DNA of 64,000 nucleotides from Candidatus Spongiisociaceae bacterium (GCA_965262915.1 OZ253564.1:4256001-4320000); one strand, 5' to 3'. Shown: positions 32,096 through 42,650, numbered from the stretch's first letter. The notes: a model not told the origin generated them from the sequence alone. Numbers and translations are program-made.

Positions 32096-32888
32096 CCTGC
32101 TGGCCGCCGCGGCGGCTGCCCTCGGGGCGCCCGAGCACCTGATCGAGCGAGCTGCTCAGGCAAGGGCCGAAGCCGACGGAACCACCTACGAAGAGGTGTT
32201 GAGCGCCTGGGGAGGCGGAGCACCGCTACCGGCTCCGGTACCGGAACGAGCCGCACCCGCCGCGGCGGTCACCTCCCCGCCGGTCGCCGAAACCCAGCCG
32301 ATCGCCGCGGCCCCCGCCGCCCGGGTCGCCACCCTGATCGCGCAACCTGCCACTATTTCCGCCCCCGCCCCGGCTCGGAGTAAGGCAACCCCCGTTCTCG
32401 AGGGCCGCCACCTCCATCCGTTGCGGGCCTGGGTGATGCTGGCGGGACTCTTCCTCCTCGGCCTCGTCATCACCTTGATCGGCCCTTTCAACACCGGGGG
32501 CGACTACCGCCACCTCGTCCCGGATCCCACGCTCAGCGCCCTCGGTGGACAGGGTCGCTCCGTCTACCTGAATCAGGGCTGCGGATACTGCCACACCCAG
32601 CTGGTGCGCCCGGTCCTGGCCGATGTCGGTCTGGGACCGGCCACCGAGACCTTCGCCCAGGCGCTGGGCGCCGCCACGTTCGGAGTGCAGCGAATCGGTC
32701 CGGACCTGGCTCATGTCGGCAGCCGCACCTCGTACGGAGGTGGTGACGACCCGGTGACGGCCGGCGAGTTCATGGAGCTCCTGACCACGCCGGAACACGT
32801 ATTCCCGGACGGCATACATCCCTCGTACGCCCACCTCTCGGATGAGGACCTGGCGGCCCTGGTGACCTACCTGGTGGAGTCGGCATGA
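32088..32888 (+). CDS. cbb3-type oxidase subunit II (CcoO)-like monoheme cytochrome c with an N-terminal PEHL module
   Basis: GRSVYLNQGCGYCHTQLVRP, RIGPDLAHVGSR and GIHPSY. Confidence 0.88.
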   Translation: MSDLLAAAAAALGAPEHLIERAAQARAEADGTTYEEVLSAWGGGAPLPAPVPERAAPAAAVTSPPVAETQPIAAAPAARVATLIAQPATISAPAPARSKATPVLEGRHLHPLRAWVMLAGLFLLGLVITLIGPFNTGGDYRHLVPDPTLSALGGQGRSVYLNQGCGYCHTQLVRPVLADVGLGPATETFAQALGAATFGVQRIGPDLAHVGSRTSYGGGDDPVTAGEFMELLTTPEHVFPDGIHPSYAHLSDEDLAALVTYLVESA

Positions 32889-33090
32889 AGACGGGCGGCG
32901 GAGCAAAGCTAGTGGTCTATCCGCCAAATGGTTCAGCGCGCCCCGCTTGCCATCGACGCCCCTCGCTGCGTTCCGCCTCCTCGACGTACCGCTGCGGGTA
33001 CGCCTTCGTCGGCGGGCCTTGCGAGGAACGCCGCTGCCGGCGCAGGCCACGCCGCCATTTGGTGGACCGATCCCTCGGGACGGGACTCCG

Positions 33091-34116
33091 ATGAGCGATC
33101 TACTCGCCGCCGCGGCCGCCAAGTTGGGAAGCCCGGAGCACCTGGTTGAACGGTCCGCGGCAGCGCGCGCGGAGGCCGACGGCCTCACCACCGAAGAGGT
33201 CCTGGCCGCTTGGGCAGGTGGTGCGGCTACGCCGTCCGGTGGCGCGCCAGCAGCCCGTACCGCGCCGGAAGCTCCCCCGGCCCCCACCGCTCCCCCGGCA
33301 CCCGCCGCTCGACCGGCACCCGCCCCCGAACCCCTGGCGCCCCCCGCCGCCGTCGCCGCAGCAGCGGCCCGACCGGCCGCGACCTCGGCGCCCACCGGCG
33401 CCCCACCGCCTCCCGAGCGGGTTGGCATCTCGGAGGCGCTCGATTTCGAGGCCGTGATCACCGGTCCCACGGCCGGGATCACCGAACGGGTAGCCGCAGC
33501 GGTACCGCGCTGGCTGACCGTGCTGTTCTTTGCCATACCGCTCATCGGCCTCACCTACCTGGTGACCTTCGCCAACGGTCCGACCTGCGGGGCGGGCGGC
33601 CAACTCGCGATCGATCGCCTCACCGGAGCGGTCGAGAACTGCGACGGATCGGAGTTCGCCGTCGAGGGTGGCGCCGGCGGGGTGGATGTCCGGGCGCTGG
33701 TCGGCGCAGGGAGCGCCCTCTACGCCGAGCCGTCCAGCTGCACCTCGTGCCACGGCGCAGGCGGCGAAGGGGGATCGGGACCCGCCCTGGCAGGCACGGT
33801 TCTCTCGACCTTCGCGATGTGCACGGACCACATCGAATGGGTATCGCTCGGCACGACCGGCTTCCAGGACGAGGGCCGCTCCACCTACGGGGACACCGCA
33901 AAGGCGGTAGGGGCCGGCGGGCAGATGCCTTCATTCCGGGACACGCTCTCGGCGGAGGAGATCGCCACGGTCGTCTTCTACGAGCGGGTGGTGTTCGGCG
34001 GCCAGGACGTGGAGGAGGCCGTGTTCGACTGCGGTTTCGCCGAACCGGAGGGCGAACCCGAGAACGGGGACGAACCCGCCGAGGAGGCAGGCGAAGAACT
34101 CTCCATCGGCGCGTAG
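33091..34116 (+). CDS. Membrane-anchored monoheme cytochrome c with an N-terminal PEHL module
   Basis: Start re-assigned to MSDLLAAA (ATG 33091). One TM segment; CTSCHG...GPAL...GQMPSF; acidic tail. Confidence 0.9.
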   Translation: MSDLLAAAAAKLGSPEHLVERSAAARAEADGLTTEEVLAAWAGGAATPSGGAPAARTAPEAPPAPTAPPAPAARPAPAPEPLAPPAAVAAAAARPAATSAPTGAPPPPERVGISEALDFEAVITGPTAGITERVAAAVPRWLTVLFFAIPLIGLTYLVTFANGPTCGAGGQLAIDRLTGAVENCDGSEFAVEGGAGGVDVRALVGAGSALYAEPSSCTSCHGAGGEGGSGPALAGTVLSTFAMCTDHIEWVSLGTTGFQDEGRSTYGDTAKAVGAGGQMPSFRDTLSAEEIATVVFYERVVFGGQDVEEAVFDCGFAEPEGEPENGDEPAEEAGEELSIGA

Positions 34117-34248
34117 GCGGATCGAACCGGTAACGTTGGCGGGTCTTGAGACCAGGAACGGCTATCGCCCTGCTCGCTCTGCTGGCCGTCATCGGCCTCG
34201 CGGGTATCGTCTTGGTGGTCCAGCTTATCAGTCTGTAGTCGGTGGGCG

Positions 34249-35118
34249 TTAGCCGGTCGTCGGTGGTGAATGAACGATGCGGTCACCGGCCACCGGCCGC
34301 TGGTCACCGGAAATAACCACCGATGTGCCGACCCCGAGGGTGAAGTGCTCGTTGGCGCGTCCCCCGCGAACGGCGAGTGCCATCAGGCCGGCCGAGTCGA
34401 TATGGAGAAGGGGGCGACCTTCCTCGATGTCGGCATAGGCGCCCACCCAAGGAACCCGATACTGCATCAGGCCCACGCGCACCGCCACGGTCCGGCCCGG
34501 CGACATACCGGCTTCCTCCAGGTCCTCGGGGGAGATGTTGGTCTGGACGTTCCCGTACGTGTCCACCCACCAGGCCTGGCCCGCCACCTGGCCCTCCGAT
34601 ACCTCCGAGAGGGGGAGGAGGAGGGGTGTGAGGGTGTGGAGAGCCACCTCGGGTCCCAGCTCGGACGGGACGGCCTCACCCGACGCCAGGACAGCGGCCG
34701 CCGGGGCGAAGCGGTCCCGGCCGTCGAAGGTCGTGCCCTGCGACGGGAGGATCACGTCGGGGTTCTCGATCGAGAAGGCTCGGGTCGCGCCCCCGAGAAG
34801 GGCCACCGCCGGCGAGAGGAGCCCATTGTCGGGACCTACCAGATATCCCCACTGCGTCTCGACCACGATGGCCCGCCGGCCGGTACCGACCCCGGGGTCG
34901 ACAACGGCCAGGACCACCCCGGGCGGCATGTACTGGATGGCCCGGAGTAGCAGCAGGGCTCCGGACCGGATATCGCCGCGGGGTATGCGGTGGTTGAGGT
35001 CGATCACCCGGCACTGCGGCGCCAGAGTGGCGATCACTCCGTGCACCACCCCCACGAACTCGTCCTCCGACCCGAAGTCGGACATGAAGGTGATGGGTAG
35101 GGCGGGCATGACGGTCAT
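34249..35118 (-). CDS. SAM hydrolase/halogenase family protein (DUF62)
   Basis: ITFMSDFG, AVVDPGVGTGRR, GPDNGLL, TFDGRDRFAP and VDTYGN. Confidence 0.92.
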   Translation of the reverse strand: MTVMPALPITFMSDFGSEDEFVGVVHGVIATLAPQCRVIDLNHRIPRGDIRSGALLLLRAIQYMPPGVVLAVVDPGVGTGRRAIVVETQWGYLVGPDNGLLSPAVALLGGATRAFSIENPDVILPSQGTTFDGRDRFAPAAAVLASGEAVPSELGPEVALHTLTPLLLPLSEVSEGQVAGQAWWVDTYGNVQTNISPEDLEEAGMSPGRTVAVRVGLMQYRVPWVGAYADIEEGRPLLHIDSAGLMALAVRGGRANEHFTLGVGTSVVISGDQRPVAGDRIVHSPPTTG

Positions 35119-35274
35119 GTAGGCCAGAGCCTAGGACAGTGCCCAGGACCGGGTAAACGGGTGGCCCGCCGTCCGCTGATGTGACCTCTTGCCATCGACC
35201 GCCGGGCCAACAGGGGGTTCTTCAAGCACCCCCCTGATGAGAGGTCCACCATTGGACACCCCTGGCGTGCCTAG

Positions 35275-35383
35275 GAGGGTGCTGAAAAACCCCGTACAAA
35301 GGGGTTCGTTCGGTAGCCGACAACTCTCAGACCAAGTGGTTTGCCACCGGCGAACCCCGCAAGATTCGTTTTTCAGCACCCTC
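35275..35383. mobile_element. MITE-like miniature element (IS5/IS1182-like ends)
   Basis: Perfect terminal IRs GAGGGTGCTGAAAAAC / GTTTTTCAGCACCCTC flanked by CTAG and CTAA; no transposase. Confidence 0.75.
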
Positions 35384-37936
35384 CTAATGCCTACCCGAAC
35401 CGCGCAGGGATGGATCGCGCAGGCCGGTGGGTCTCCCATCCTTCGATGCAGCCGCCCTTCGACCCCGCACCCTTGCTACGCCCCACCAGATGGGCAGGAC
35501 GAGCAGGCCGGCCAGGGTTGACCACGCTCCGAGTTTCTCCGCCCAGGTCTTGTCAAATGTGAGCTCCACCTCCCGGCTGGTGGGGATGACCACCATGAAG
35601 GCGGGAGTGGCCCGCCAGGGTCCTTCCGCTCCTCGGGCGGTCCAGTTGGGGAAGTAGGAGACCTTTACCATGTGTGGTAGTCCCACCCCGGTGGTCCTGA
35701 AGGCGATCCGGTGGTCCGCCACTTCGATGTCTGTCACCTCGGCGCCGGCTGCCAGCGGGACGGTGGTTCCCTCCAGGTCGGGGGTGATCCGCTCCCAGTC
35801 GGAGGGTCCGTCGGCGGTGATCCATTGGTCGAGCATCTCGATGTCCTCGTACCAGTCGAGCGCCACATCCACGAAGTCGGTCTCGGTGTCCTCCTTGAAT
35901 ATCCCCATCAGGGGAGCGACGAGCCGCGGGCCGGGTTCCTCGAACACCCACGGCCGGTTTGTGGCCACGTCCACCAGGGAGCTCTCCCCCAGTCGGTACA
36001 CCACGAAGGGCGCCGACTCGGCCAGGCGCCGGAGGGCCGGATGCTCGTCGGCCTTCTCCTTGGCCGTGTCGGTGTACGCAACGTAGTAGGCCACGTTGAA
36101 CAACTCCATGTGGCGAGTTCCACGGTCGTAATCGCCGTTGTGATAGCGAAGCCCGGGGATCGGGTTGGAGGGCGATGAACTCAGCTCGGCGGCGTTGAGG
36201 AAATGGAAGGGGGTGGTGATCGAGGACTCGAAGTAGAGTCCCTCCATCGAGGGATGGGTACCCTCGGTCCAGTAGGGGAAGAGCATGGGCGCCATCGGGG
36301 TGCCGTACTTGTTCAGTTCGCTGTTGGCCTCCCACTGCACACGGCCCGGTGGCAATCCCGCCATGGTCGCCATCAGATTCCGGTACTCCGGCCACTCCTG
36401 CTTGCCTTCGTATCCCTGGTAGTTCCACCGCGCCCAAGCCGCAACGTAATTCTCGGCGGTGAGCACACCCAGGAACACCGTGCCAACCACCACTACCACC
36501 GCCGCGAACGGAAGCACCACCCCCGTCCTGGGTTCCCCCGAGCGGCCCACCAACCACATCAGGAGAACACCTGCCGCCGCCAGAAGGAGATCAGCTCCCG
36601 AGATGCGGTTGACAACCATCTCCAGTCCCAGGACACGCCATCCGACCCAGGCGGCCAAGCCCTCGGCCGCCTCCGCTTCACGTGCCACCCCGCCGATGTT
36701 CGGACCCACCATGAGCACCAACGTCAGAGCCGCCACAGCGCCCCGTACCCACCATCGGGACACCCGCTCAGGAAGACGATGCACCACAGCAGCCACCAGC
36801 AGACCGACCGCTATGCCGGCGAAGAGATGCAGACCGAAGAACCAGTGAGGCAATACCCGGCCGTTCCAGAGTTTGGCGCCCTGGCCCAACAGGAAGAAGG
36901 CGGGCACGGGCACCAACGTCAGAGCCGCCAGGGGAAGAGCCCGGCGGGTCACCCGGCCGGCCACGACTATCCCCACCAGCCCCAGGACCGCTACCGGCCA
37001 CAGCTCCACCGGAAACAGCTCGTCGAAGCCCGCCAGCGGCTGCCAGTCCATGTCGGTCGTGTACCCGAGCCGGGCCACCAGGGGAAGAGCCCAGAACGCC
37101 GCCAGCATGAACCCCAGCAACCACGTTCCCGCCACCAGCAACCACGGCGACGACCACCACCGACCGACCGGCCCGTCCCCGTCGCCCGCGGGGAACCGGT
37201 GCCGGGCGGCTTGCCACCACGCCGAGCGGCTCACTACCACGAACAACGACGCCACCACCACCCCGATGGTCGGGATCACATGGCACAGCGCGGTAGCCGC
37301 CAGCGCCACAGCCGCACCCAGGAAGTATTTTCGGTGGTCGTACACCGCTCGCAGCAGGTAGCCGAGATAGACCAGCGCGAGAGCGAACGACCACGAATAG
37401 GAGAACTCACCTGCGAGGCTGGAAGCAATCGTCCCGCCGAAGATATTGGGCGTAGGGGTCTCCATGAAGGCGTAGGCCCCTCCGGCGGCCGCTGCGATCG
37501 CCGCCACCGGTCGGGCAAAGGCCATCGAGCGGACCAGGAAATAGGTGGCGGGGGCCAGGGCCACCAGCCCGGCAACCGACACCAGCTTGAAGGCCACCCC
37601 GTACGGGAGAAGCAGGTCAAGACCGACGATGACCAGGGACGGGAGCGGGAAGTAGAAGTAGAAGACCGGGAAACCCGCAAACCAGTGGTTGGACCATCCC
37701 ATGACTCGATTGGCCGGCAGCAACACATCGCGCAGGTAGGCGGGTCCCAGAACATGGGCGCCCATGTCACCACCGGTGGGGGTGTTGGCGACCAGCAGCA
37801 GATGCGGCGCCAGGGCCGCCAGGGTAGCCAGCGAGACCACCGCCACCGCCACCGTCGAGGATCGGGAAGTCCACGCCCTCCACGGACGGCTCATGGCTGA
37901 AGCGGAGCTGTCGATGGTGTTGATAGGAGAACTCAT
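35384..37936 (-). CDS. Large polytopic membrane protein, PTPS-related/GT-C-like glycosyltransferase family
   Basis: TPTGGDMGAHV, GWSNHWFAGFPVFYFYFP, SLAGEFSYS and VKVSYFPNW..GAEGPWRATP; start uncertain. Confidence 0.75.
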   Translation of the reverse strand: MSSPINTIDSSASAMSRPWRAWTSRSSTVAVAVVSLATLAALAPHLLLVANTPTGGDMGAHVLGPAYLRDVLLPANRVMGWSNHWFAGFPVFYFYFPLPSLVIVGLDLLLPYGVAFKLVSVAGLVALAPATYFLVRSMAFARPVAAIAAAAGGAYAFMETPTPNIFGGTIASSLAGEFSYSWSFALALVYLGYLLRAVYDHRKYFLGAAVALAATALCHVIPTIGVVVASLFVVVSRSAWWQAARHRFPAGDGDGPVGRWWSSPWLLVAGTWLLGFMLAAFWALPLVARLGYTTDMDWQPLAGFDELFPVELWPVAVLGLVGIVVAGRVTRRALPLAALTLVPVPAFFLLGQGAKLWNGRVLPHWFFGLHLFAGIAVGLLVAAVVHRLPERVSRWWVRGAVAALTLVLMVGPNIGGVAREAEAAEGLAAWVGWRVLGLEMVVNRISGADLLLAAAGVLLMWLVGRSGEPRTGVVLPFAAVVVVVGTVFLGVLTAENYVAAWARWNYQGYEGKQEWPEYRNLMATMAGLPPGRVQWEANSELNKYGTPMAPMLFPYWTEGTHPSMEGLYFESSITTPFHFLNAAELSSSPSNPIPGLRYHNGDYDRGTRHMELFNVAYYVAYTDTAKEKADEHPALRRLAESAPFVVYRLGESSLVDVATNRPWVFEEPGPRLVAPLMGIFKEDTETDFVDVALDWYEDIEMLDQWITADGPSDWERITPDLEGTTVPLAAGAEVTDIEVADHRIAFRTTGVGLPHMVKVSYFPNWTARGAEGPWRATPAFMVVIPTSREVELTFDKTWAEKLGAWSTLAGLLVLPIWWGVARVRGRRAAASKDGRPTGLRDPSLRGSGRH

Positions 37937-38180
37937 ACGGCCAGATCTCGGAAGCCAGGAGTGTGCCGACAAACGGGCAAATGGCCGGCCGGCCGGCCGC
38001 CGACGTGGCGTATTGCCATCGACCGTCGAGCCAACGGCGGGCTCCCCGGCACCCTCTTGGGGGAGTCCGGAGCGATGGACCGGTGACCTGCCGGACAACG
38101 GAGAGTGCCGGGTGAGCGAACAGCGGCCGCCGACGACCCCAGCGGATAGCGCCTCAGGCGTGACTTCCCGTAACCCTCTT

Positions 38181-38561
38181 TCATGCTCCCATCCTCCTCA
38201 CGGCGCTCCGCAGTACACCGCGGCGAGGGACCTGGGTAAACGACCCCACCGCGCGGCCCGAGGCATCGAGGACGGTACCCACCGGGATCTCGACCACTCC
38301 CAGACGGGTGAGGAGTTCCGGATGGTCCTCCCAGGTGAACTCGGTGAACCCGTCCTTCCCGAGTACCTGCTCGTAGACGGCACGGGCCGAGTCGCACGAG
38401 TCACAGGCGCCGGCCGTGAACAGGTAGACGCCCGGACCCGCCAGGTTCCCCTCCACCTGCAGGGGCCGGTGGCGACGCCGGGGCCGGAAGCGGGCAATGC
38501 CCACCACCAGGGCCGCCGCGGCCGCCACCACCACCAGCCTTGCCAGGATGTCACCGTTCAA
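38181..38561 (-). CDS. Membrane-anchored thioredoxin-like protein
   Basis: N-terminal TM segment; YLFTAGACDSC (CxxC); VVEIP. TTG start overlaps the upstream gene end. Confidence 0.7.
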   Translation of the reverse strand: MNGDILARLVVVAAAAALVVGIARFRPRRRHRPLQVEGNLAGPGVYLFTAGACDSCDSARAVYEQVLGKDGFTEFTWEDHPELLTRLGVVEIPVGTVLDASGRAVGSFTQVPRRGVLRSAVRRMGA

Positions 38562-39861
38562 CAGGAACCGCTCCTCCGAACACCGCCGTCCCCTCCCCTT
38601 CGGCCCACCATCCGACGCTGAACGCGCCGTTCGCGGACACGAAGACGCCTGCAACGTCGGTACCGTCCACGGTCACGGTTTCCACGGCGCCGGCCGCTAG
38701 GGCCACCGAGCCGGGAGGACCCTCCCCCGATGGCGTCAGCGTCACGTAGGCGACCTCGAGATCCAGCACCCCGGCGTTCAACAGGCGCAGCCGGGAGACA
38801 GCCGGAACCGCCCCTGGCCCGGGGACCAACCAGGCCGAGCCGGTGGTCGGGGTTCCCGCGGTAGCAGCGACCGCAGTCCCGGACCGTCCCACCACCACTG
38901 CGCCGAACGGACCGTCGCCCGTGACCCGGATCCCGAACCGGGATGTGGGGAACTCCCCCAACCGAACTCGAGCCTGCCCCGGTCCGTCGATGGTGCCGCT
39001 CAGCGGTTCCAGGAGAGCGGCGGTCTCATCGAACACCTCCACCAGGTAGTTGACCTCCAGCGAGGCTTCGTTTGTGAGGACCAACTCGGTGTCATAGCCA
39101 TCCACCGCGGCGACCGGGAACTCCCAACCCTCACTGGATCCCATCCCCGGCCAGACCGCGATATCCGAACCGGTGTCCAGGATCATTACCGGGATCACCG
39201 CACCCAAGGACGGCCGCACGATGATCGCCAACGACTCCCGACCCGTCAGTATCTCGTCGAGAGCGATGACACGGGTCCTGTGGGCGGGCACCGTCAGACC
39301 CTCCAGCGACTCCCCGGCCTCGGTTCCCAGTTCGCTCAGCGCCCAGAGATCAACCCGGGCGTCGGAGGTGAAAGGGTTGAAGAGGCGCAGCGTCAACCGC
39401 TCGCCCTCGATCGTCGAACCACCGGGAAGGTGCCAGGTGGCAGGGAGCGTTGCCGTACAGAGATCCCCTGCCAGCAACTCCTCGCCGAATGCCACCACAC
39501 CCACCGATCCCGGACTCTCCGCGAACTCCACCAGCGCCGGAGAGGTCCCGATCTCACGGGGATTCTCGATCCTCGCCATCGCTTCCCGCGTCACCTCCCC
39601 TGACCGTACCTGCTCGATCTTGCCGCCTTCCAGGAACGAGATGTCGAATCCGGTCGTGCGGTCCGCGGCCACCACGTACACGGATTCCCGGCGCCCGTCG
39701 GACAACGCCCAAGGGCAGTGTACGAAGCGGGAGGAACCGAAGGCAGCCTCCTCCACGTCGAAAATCGTATCGGTCATAGGATCGAGTACCGGGGGTGCCG
39801 GTAATCGGGCGGCAACCACGATGACGCACCCGGCCAGCAGGAGGGCGAGAAGGCGCCTCAT
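38551..39861 (-). CDS. Secreted DUF5719-like protein
   Basis: Signal peptide MRRLLALLLAGC; WHLPGGST...LRLFNPF..DARVD. Follows the GT2 gene, as in actinobacterial synteny. Confidence 0.75.
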   Translation of the reverse strand: MRRLLALLLAGCVIVVAARLPAPPVLDPMTDTIFDVEEAAFGSSRFVHCPWALSDGRRESVYVVAADRTTGFDISFLEGGKIEQVRSGEVTREAMARIENPREIGTSPALVEFAESPGSVGVVAFGEELLAGDLCTATLPATWHLPGGSTIEGERLTLRLFNPFTSDARVDLWALSELGTEAGESLEGLTVPAHRTRVIALDEILTGRESLAIIVRPSLGAVIPVMILDTGSDIAVWPGMGSSEGWEFPVAAVDGYDTELVLTNEASLEVNYLVEVFDETAALLEPLSGTIDGPGQARVRLGEFPTSRFGIRVTGDGPFGAVVVGRSGTAVAATAGTPTTGSAWLVPGPGAVPAVSRLRLLNAGVLDLEVAYVTLTPSGEGPPGSVALAAGAVETVTVDGTDVAGVFVSANGAFSVGWWAEGEGTAVFGGAVPVER

Positions 39862-42650
39862 GCGGAGCCGTCCCCGGCACGAGTGGCACGGCAACTCAGG
39901 GCTAGGACGAACAGCACCACGACCCATACACCCGCCGCCTGCGCCAGGCGACGGTGGGACTCCACCCCACCGAACACCGCCGTTCCCGAGCGGGCGGCGA
40001 GCCGGTTGGCCCACCCCTCTTCCTCCCATGTTCCGGGCCCCCAACGGGGATCGGCGTTCTCGCTGACGCGTACGGTGCTCCCGTAGGGCCGGCCGCGGTA
40101 GTCGGGAGCGACCCACGACCAGGGAACACCCAGACTGGTGACCGCCCGGTAGGCGTCGGCTTGGTTCTCCCAGGCACCTCCGGACTCGCTGACGAAGAGC
40201 CCGCTGAGAGGACGCAGGTCCAGCTGCGCCGACAGTGTCTCGTTGAGACGGGTCCGGTCCGTCAGGATCACCCACCTGATCCCGTAGGGGGCCAGCAGTT
40301 CTCCCGGACGCAACTCCTCGCGCGCCAGCAGCCCCTCCAAGGTCGCCTCTAGGGCCGCATCCCCTTCCAGCGGTTGGGGGAGCCAGGCCTGCGGGAAGTC
40401 CAGCACCCCGGCGACGAGCCGGTAGGCGGTGCCGTCGGGGAGCCGGCGGGACTCACCGGGCAGGGTATCGCCCGGCCCGGCCAGCAGGATACGGTCCGGG
40501 CCGTGGGCCTGGGCGCGGCTCTCCGCAAAGGCCAAGACGTCGAAGCGGTCATCGGGTAGGCCCAATCTGCCCGCCGGGAGGGCGACCAGAGTGGACAACC
40601 CCACCAGCACCGCCGCCCCCATCCCGACGCGGGCCAGAACACGACGGGGAAATCCGGCTTCCTCGAGCGTGGACGGGCCATCGAGGGCCCCCGCCACTAT
40701 CAGGGCCATGCCGAGGCCGGTGATCAACACTCCTGCCGTAGTCAGTTCCCGGCCGGCGCCCAGGTTCCCGGCGCGAGCCACCAGGAACCCGGCCGATCCG
40801 ATCATCAGACCGGTCGCCGCGACCGTCATGGGTCTGCCCCGACCGGAGAACACCGATGCGAGACCTGCGACCAGGGCGGGCACCCACGCCCACCACGCCG
40901 GTTCGAGATGGAAGGGAACGCCTCCTCCCACCAACCCGGCAGGATCCCGGGTGATCGCCCAGGGGAGGAGGACCGGCAGGGCCGAGATCGAGCCCACCAG
41001 AGCGGTCACCAGGCCCGTATGGACACGGGTCGCCAGCGCCCAGACGATCCCGAAGAACAGCGGTACCAGGATGAGCACCGGTACGAACATAGCCGACCAC
41101 GCAGTGGTCAGGCCGATCCGAGCCAGGCGGCCGATCCAACCCAGGATCCCCGCCGGAGCGGGCGAGACGATAGCGGCCAGGGCCCACGGGAGACCTCCCA
41201 TGGCCAGCATGCCGGGCCAGTATCCCTGGCCGGCCAGGAACACCATGGGGAAACCGGCCACGAAGACCGCGGCGGACGCCAGCCGGGCGCCGTGACCCAT
41301 CCCCGTTCTCCGTACCAGAACGACCGTACCAACCAGACCCGATGCCGCCGAACCCACCGTCAGCAGCGTGGCCGCCAATGCGGCGCGATTCCCCAAGAGG
41401 AGTTGAACCGCCGCCGTCGCCCCTACCGATGGGTGCATCGGCTCGGGGCTGCCCAACCCTCCCAGGTGCCATCCGCCCGCGTAGGCCCGGAGCGTGTTCC
41501 AGGCCGAATCCGCCAGGGGTAGGACGAAGCCGATGGCAGGCAATCCCTCCACCAGGATCGAGCGGGTGAGGGCGAGTACGAAGCCGACACCGAGCACCGC
41601 CGCGACCATCGCAGGTCGTTGCCAGGAAGCAGGCGAGGAATCGTGGATCCGATAATCCTCGTCACTGTCCGTATCGCTACCGAGGAGAGCGCCGAGTTCG
41701 GAGGCCACCGCCCGTAGCTCGACCGAACCCTTCACCTGGAAGCGGAACAACTCCGTGTCCACGGCCATCGAGATGGCCCGTGCCCTCCGGCGGGCCACCA
41801 TGGTGGAAGGTAGGTGCAAGGCGTTCCACAGCCATGTGCGGAGCCAATCCGCCGGGGCGTGGAACGAACCGCGGGCCGCACGGTACAGACCGGTCACCAA
41901 TCCGAGTACGAACAGACCGGGCACCGACCACAGCAGGGTCACCCCCGAATACGTCTTGAGCATCACTCTGAGACGGCCGGCCTGCTCACGCCAGGTGTAC
42001 ACGCGGTCCTCGCCGGAGGCCCGGGTAAAGACCTCCGAGGTGGGCGCGACCACCACCCGGCCTCCCACCACCCTGGCACGCTGGCACAGGTCGAGTCCGG
42101 ATGCGATGTACGGCAGTTTCCGGTCCAGACCGCCGAGCCCTTCGGCGAGGTCCCGCCGAACCAGCATGGAGGCCGGCTCGACGTAGGCTACGTCCCGGAT
42201 GACGTCGAACTGCTCCTGATCGAGTTCGCCGCGATCCAGACCGGTGTAGGGAAACCCGAAGACATCGGTGGCGCCCCCGACCGACAGCAGTTGCTCGGGG
42301 TTGCCCACGTCGAGAATCTTGGAACCCACCACCGAGGCTTCCACCTGATCGGCCGTCGCGACCAGAGCCGCCAGCGCGTCCGGTCGGGCGGTGGTGCGGG
42401 AATCCAGTATCCACAGATACTCGACCTCGGTCTCGGTCATCGCCAATGCCTGGGCCATCGTCTCGACCCTCCTCGGCGATGTGGCCTCTGCGGGCGGCCC
42501 CAGAGGTCGGTGGGTCACCACGACCACGTCGTCGGGCTCGTAGACTTGCGTCTCGATGCTTCTCAAGACGCCGGCTATGTCATCTCCTCCCCGGACGAGC
42601 ACCACCGCGAGCACGCGGGGACGCGGGAACGGAGGGGTGGGAATCGTCAT
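39858..42650 (-). CDS. Glycosyltransferase family 2 protein with a large membrane domain
   Basis: Start MTIPTPP (ATG 42650). VLAVVLV...YLWILD...VVGSKILD...DQEQFD...GGLDRKL...DLCQRAR, followed by many TM segments. Confidence 0.85.
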   Translation of the reverse strand: MTIPTPPFPRPRVLAVVLVRGGDDIAGVLRSIETQVYEPDDVVVVTHRPLGPPAEATSPRRVETMAQALAMTETEVEYLWILDSRTTARPDALAALVATADQVEASVVGSKILDVGNPEQLLSVGGATDVFGFPYTGLDRGELDQEQFDVIRDVAYVEPASMLVRRDLAEGLGGLDRKLPYIASGLDLCQRARVVGGRVVVAPTSEVFTRASGEDRVYTWREQAGRLRVMLKTYSGVTLLWSVPGLFVLGLVTGLYRAARGSFHAPADWLRTWLWNALHLPSTMVARRRARAISMAVDTELFRFQVKGSVELRAVASELGALLGSDTDSDEDYRIHDSSPASWQRPAMVAAVLGVGFVLALTRSILVEGLPAIGFVLPLADSAWNTLRAYAGGWHLGGLGSPEPMHPSVGATAAVQLLLGNRAALAATLLTVGSAASGLVGTVVLVRRTGMGHGARLASAAVFVAGFPMVFLAGQGYWPGMLAMGGLPWALAAIVSPAPAGILGWIGRLARIGLTTAWSAMFVPVLILVPLFFGIVWALATRVHTGLVTALVGSISALPVLLPWAITRDPAGLVGGGVPFHLEPAWWAWVPALVAGLASVFSGRGRPMTVAATGLMIGSAGFLVARAGNLGAGRELTTAGVLITGLGMALIVAGALDGPSTLEEAGFPRRVLARVGMGAAVLVGLSTLVALPAGRLGLPDDRFDVLAFAESRAQAHGPDRILLAGPGDTLPGESRRLPDGTAYRLVAGVLDFPQAWLPQPLEGDAALEATLEGLLAREELRPGELLAPYGIRWVILTDRTRLNETLSAQLDLRPLSGLFVSESGGAWENQADAYRAVTSLGVPWSWVAPDYRGRPYGSTVRVSENADPRWGPGTWEEEGWANRLAARSGTAVFGGVESHRRLAQAAGVWVVVLFVLALSCRATRAGDGSA

